Below, one piece after another: positions 58,929 through 64,000 of a stretch of 64,000 bases of DNA (position 1 is its first letter; every line of letters starts with the position of its first letter). Both the position numbers and the translations under genes were made by a program. The notes below the pieces were generated by a model that made no database searches, had not been told where the DNA came from, and worked only from the letters and a program-made list of their open reading frames with translations. The DNA is from Puccinia triticina (lineage: Eukaryota), in NCBI GenBank assembly GCA_026914245.1, contig CP110439.1, positions 3,162,001 through 3,226,000 on the forward strand. The letters are read 5' to 3'.

Positions 58929-60233
58929 CTAAACTGGGCTCTGGGTGAGACTTGTTCCGTTTTGAGCATCACTGGAAAGAAATCGAGCATGGTAGAAGAG
59001 AGAATGTAAGTGTTGACGCAGAATTTATATTTGTGTGAAAAATATTGACGCACAAGTCCCAAGTGAAGCCACCAAGAATATATCCAGCATCCCGTTCTTT
59101 TTTGGTTGGACGAAAAAGCTCAAAGAGCTATTCCGATTATATAAGATGCCAAAAGAACAGAATGATCAGTACCAATAAGTGGTAGGGGTAAGACAATGAA
59201 ATATTCACCTTTGTAGTTATAGCAATTTCAAAGCATCCCGGCCAAGATGAAGTCTCATCGAAAGAGCAGCCTAAGTCACGAAAAAGCAACATTTAACAGA
59301 TGTAACAGAAAAACGTTTAATAGTGGAAACAGTGGCATCTAAAAATCCTGGCATAGGCTTACCATCAAGGACTTTGGCGTACTGGACAGTATCGGGCCTC
59401 CCCTTCCTTTGAATATACCTGTGTGATGGAAAACAGTTTCTCGGTGCTCAGCGTGGATTCGAAAGATGATTTTGAATTGTGGAGGGTGCCTTACACCCTT
59501 TTGCCGCAGTTAGAGGTCTTCAGCCTGTTTTAAGTGTTCAATTTCTCAAAACATTAGTTTAAGTTTAACAATGGGTCCTGTTTATGTGACAATTGGAGTA
59601 CTCACCCGTTAAGCCAGCCAGCAGTTTCCACCGTCGGATTGTTTTGTTCAGCTCCACTCCAGAGACAGACGCCGATCTCTGTTGAAGTATCATAATGCCC
59701 ACATATCTAGACATTCCAATAAAAAAAGAGCCTATGAGCTTGAACACAAACTTTGATTAAGGATGAAACTAGGAAACTGCATACGCCATCACCCCCATCG
59801 ATCGAAAAGCTCTACAAGAAAGATATTCGAGTTCAGTGAACACCTTTCTAGAGTGAAGTAAATAACATTGGCGACATACCGGTTTCGGGTTATCATATCG
59901 GCGGTCTTTCTTCCCCTTCTTCCCCTTCTTCCCCTTACCTTTCTTGGGGTCTAGAACAAACTGAAGAGTTGCAATATGAAAGAAGATGTTAGATGATTCT
60001 TGAGATGGAGTTCATTCGCCAGCATTCAACAAAAAGAAAAATCGTGAACTCGCCTGTTTGACTGGGGCGTCGTGGGATTTGGTAGGAGCTGGACATCGAG
60101 TATTTGGTGATGCAGCAGCAGAAACACATTTATCTTTGTTCAAGAAGTAGTTGTAGCAAGTTGTGTGATTGGTAGCCATCACGGCAGAAACATATACAGC
60201 CGCAAGGAAGATGAGAGAAGTGGCAGATTTCAT
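58929..60233 (-). CDS. Small secreted Cys-rich protein with a probable DPBB (RlpA/barwin/expansin-like) domain, about 9-10 exons
   Basis: Signal peptide MKSATSLIFLAAVYVSAVMA. Spliced ICGHYD...GVCLWSG...GWLNG...SNCGKRVYIQRKG...AKVLDGCSF...GCFEIAIT...LFELFRPT. The first intron (59961-60053) has a GC donor. Confidence 0.78.
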
Positions 60234-61014
60234 TTCGGAGGGATGTTGGATGCTGTTAGGGTGCTGCTTAAAGTGAGTGAAAAGGTTTTTGTTGTATATG
60301 GTACAAGTTGTTGAGATTTGGGATATTGGTATAACTTTCTCAACTTACCATCCTGTCTTATACTGATTAGTCAGAGCCTTCCGGGCATCTTGCTCTGCTA
60401 ATAGGAAAGTCTAGACTGCTGGCACTAAGTGCTGTAACACCGTAGCTCGGCGAGAGTCATGGTCATTCTCAGTTGGCACGGGAATGGATGATTTGCAAAA
60501 ATTTACTCGGGGCGCTAATTCACGCCCTTATGTTTTTGGGCGGTCATCGCTTTTCATCGACGAATTGAGATCATCCCACTGTCAAGGCTTTTGGGTGAAG
60601 ATCCCCTGTTTCCGAAACGCAATGAAAGACTGACAGTGACACCCTACAGCTGTTTGAACTTAACGAAGTCCCTCCATGCCCGAGCCTACGCTGGATGGAA
60701 TTATGCCTTTAGCACCCCAGCGGCAGCAGGAATTATGAGAGGTTTTTGAGGTTTGGTCGTGCTTTCGCAATGGCGACGAGAAGATGTTGACACCCGGTAG
60801 AGACATAACTGTATGCTCTTATCGGGTGCCCTGCTGTCGAGCCAACACTCCATCATTGGCATTGGAGCCTTCCTGCTCACCAACAACCGCGAACCGATCT
60901 ATGACCCGCCACGATCAGAGCTTCAAGGACCACAGCTAATCGAAATTCTGCAGGACGACCGATCGCGCTCAACCAGAGGACCGCCGCCCATTTAACGCTG
61001 GAGCGCTCAACAAT

Positions 61015-61968
61015 ATGGGCTACACAACTTATGCTACTGCTTCGGCCAGCGCTCTAACATTCACAACGGTCTCTCTGTATCTTCTTTTCACGGACTCCGG
61101 CGAAACTTTCAATGTTGGCAGTGCGTTGCAAATTTTCGATCAACACCCCCATCGCAAATTGTTTATTTATCTAGAACCAAGGCTTATCACTTCCATCATG
61201 GTCTTTCGTAGCCTTCCTCGAACAAACTTCTCCCCATGTTTGGGCTTTACTTGGCATCGCCTTGAATATTGGTCTGAGCGTTATCGGAGCTGGATGGTGC
61301 GTGGTCTATCTTTCCCCATTTGGTTCCTGGAAATTATGCCCGTTTAGCGATCTTAGCCGCTATCTTTTTACAGGGGAATCTTTACAACGGGTGTCTCAAT
61401 TCTGGGAGGGGGTGTTCGCACTCCCAGGATTCGGACGAAAAATTTGATCAGTATTATTTTCTGCGAGGTCGTCGGCATATATGGTGTGATCGGTGGTCAG
61501 TTTCCCTCAAATTCTATTGTATTCACATCACTCTTTCCACGTTAATCACATCCTTGCTCTTCCTTGTAAAATTTTGATACACAGCTATTGTCTTTTCTTC
61601 GAAAATCGGAGCGTTCGCCTCCGCTGAATCACTTTATACAAAAGAAAACTATTTTACTGGTTTCTCGCTATTCTGGGGAGGATTGATCATGGGTTTCTGT
61701 AATCTATTATGTGGAATCGGAGTTGGGATTTCGGGTTCAAATGCTGCTCTGGCCGATGCCTCAGATCCCAGTCTATTCGTCAAGATATTAGTCATCGAAG
61801 TCTTCAGCAGTATTCTTGGCTTGTTTGGGCTGATCAGTGAGTAATTCCCTACCAGGCTCATTCACTATCATTTTACAACACTTACCTTACTTACTAATTG
61901 ACTTCTGGTTGATTCTCGATTCTGCAGTTGGCCTACTGGTTTCCGGAAAAGCCGGCGAACTTCAGTGA
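61015..61968 (+). CDS. VMA16: V-ATPase V0 proteolipid subunit c'' (5 exons)
   Basis: [25 protein letters not shown]...[37 protein letters not shown]...[34 protein letters not shown]. Confidence 0.95.
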
Positions 61969-64000
61969 CGCCTCCGTAGCTTACTACCCTCCAGTATCCA
62001 CTCTAGCTTATTATTCTTACGATTTTGTCGTTTGCATTCTATTCTATCGAAACTTAATTCTTCCTTCGTTGGATTAAATGTTCAAATGCAAATTGTTTTA
62101 GTTCATTTTGTACAAGAAACTCAGATTGTTTTATCTACTTATCTCTGCAAATAAAATTCATCTCCTACTTTCTATGCTCTTATCGCAGAGGCGCTGCCTT
62201 ACCCCAACGGCATCTTTCATGGCTCGACATCAATCTCACTACAACGGTCAAGAACAATGATATTCAATTTCTTAATTTTCATGTTTCTCTTCCTGAATAT
62301 CTTGACGAACTCAACAAAGTACCTCCCCAAACTGCAGGATCGTCGTCTCGCAGGTCGGCCCCCCTCCAAATTGTGTTTTACCTATCCGCGCGAGGAGGGT
62401 GGTACTCTTGAGTTAGTCTCTCATCTATCCGGAAGTACTTGTGGGATCTTCTGCACCTTCTGATATAACCCAAGTCTCTCGCTTTGGAGGTTTGCCCAGC
62501 CCTTTCGGGTCAAGTTAAATACGTACTTGGCAGGAACTTCTACTCTCCAACCCATCCCGCAACGAACAATGCTCCCCAAGAACATTTTGGAATGTCCAAT
62601 TTACTTCTTCATCGAACCGCGAGGGTGCATCGGTCAGGAAAGAGAAGATAGAGTAACAATCATCATGCCACCCAAAATTACAAGTGACAAGAAAACCAAG
62701 CAGACGGCACAGAAGATGAGCCGCTCAGATTTGAATGGGAAGAATAATTTCTTTCGTGTTCCAAGTTGAACAAATACAAGTACGCAAAAATTTGGATCTC
62801 CGCATAATTCTCCACATCGAGTTGTAAACTGAAAGGTCAGCTTCAACTTGCAAGGGAGGCAGACGATGGGCACGGGTCAACTTTCACTAAGTGACATTGC
62901 ATTGTCAGGACTCAGACGGACTGGCGCGATGTATCACTTGCCAAGCCGAAATGGAAAGAGGGCGTATCCAGTGTCGTCTTGTCATCTCTACTGGTATGGT
63001 GGTTAGTGTATGTACATTACTCCGTTGCATACAAATCTTCACCCTTCTCTACCGACCTGGCACTTTGATGCTGTGCATTTTTGGGCGCTCAACCATCGGC
63101 GGTGCCGTTTGGATGGCACTGTCAGCAATCACAATCTGGTTCAGTGTTTATGATCCAATCAATTATTTATTTTATATGTACATCATAGATTTTTATCGCA
63201 TGACGGTGGCAGCCAAACGGAGCCGCACACGTCGTTGCACACCTGGAGTCATGGGGTATTCTCATGAATCGATTCAGGAAACCCTATATTCCCGGAGATG
63301 CTATTTTGGCACTGGCACTGGTGTATAGTCGATCTTGCCTGTAAACTTTAAGTGCTTCATTCAGCTTCTGGCCGGGGTTAATGGGCCCAAAGGGACTTGA
63401 AGTGGGCTGATGGAAAGAAACGAAAATCAATCCATCTTCCAAAAGAAGAGGGATGAAGACCAATTCATTCGGTGGTGGCTTTCAGCACTGACTTCCGGTA
63501 GCCGTGTGATGAACTTGCCATCTTCTTCCAATACTTGCGTCGGATATACCTTTGACCAGAATCTTACCTTTGACCAGAGGTGTGTATTCTCAAGAATGCT
63601 ACATAAGAGAAAGGGGGTTCGTGCGATATACATCTTTGTCCATATTTATACTGTTGAAAGTGACATACCAATTGATGACTTTCAGAAGAAGAAAGGGATT
63701 TTAGATTTGGGGCTGATGTCTCTGGGGCTTCCACATTCATTTGCTGTACGGCGATAGAACCAATTGGCGTCGACCACCCTTCTGTGCCGAGGCGAGCAGT
63801 GGTGGACGCAGCTCGGGTTGAACGCCAAACTTCGACGTTACAGAGGGCAGCCATGGGCCCAGTAGGAAAGAATCGGGCGGTGGAGTGTGACTTGCTAGAA
63901 TCATTTGCTTTGTGCCCAGTGGCAGCCCCGGGTAGGTGTCGCCTATAAAGGCTAGAGCTCTGGTGTCAATTCGACCTCATCCACCCATCACCAATCAGTC

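Noticed and set aside
58929..60233. Assignment to the rust transferred protein (RTP1) family
   Set aside because: The cysteine spacing and motifs do not match RTP1 as I recall it. A DPBB-like pattern fits better.
62200..64000. Several 60-145-aa ORFs at the window end
   Set aside because: No recognisable motifs or consistent exon chain could be established by eye.

Overview
Eukaryotic, intron-rich fungal DNA, most consistent with a rust fungus (Pucciniales). This assignment is inferred from gene structure and TE content. Host genes: a single-exon secreted protein with an EAR-like motif (598-2016), an Apq12-like membrane protein, the mRNA guanylyltransferase CEG1, a secreted DPBB/barwin-like protein, the V-ATPase c'' subunit VMA16, and a 5'-truncated eEF3 pseudogene. 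Most of the window is nested transposons: PIF/Harbinger, three Ty1/Copia copies, a two-gene long-TIR Tc1/mariner, an intact recent Ty3/Gypsy, several solo or partial LTRs, DIRS-like and hAT remnants, a CACTA-type element and several non-autonomous TIR elements. The strongest unexplained signal is in the intact Gypsy. It carries four homologous ~110-130-nt intron-like cassettes (GTAAGT donor, TGCACCTCC box, invariant GCCAC-N4-GTGAGC bulged-A hairpin, polypyrimidine tract, AG) placed before gag, twice at the start of pol and after pol. It also has a ~50-nt PBS copied from mature tRNA-Tyr. It and several other LTR elements here sit in 4-bp targets centred on CpG. All coordinates and comparisons were made by eye.
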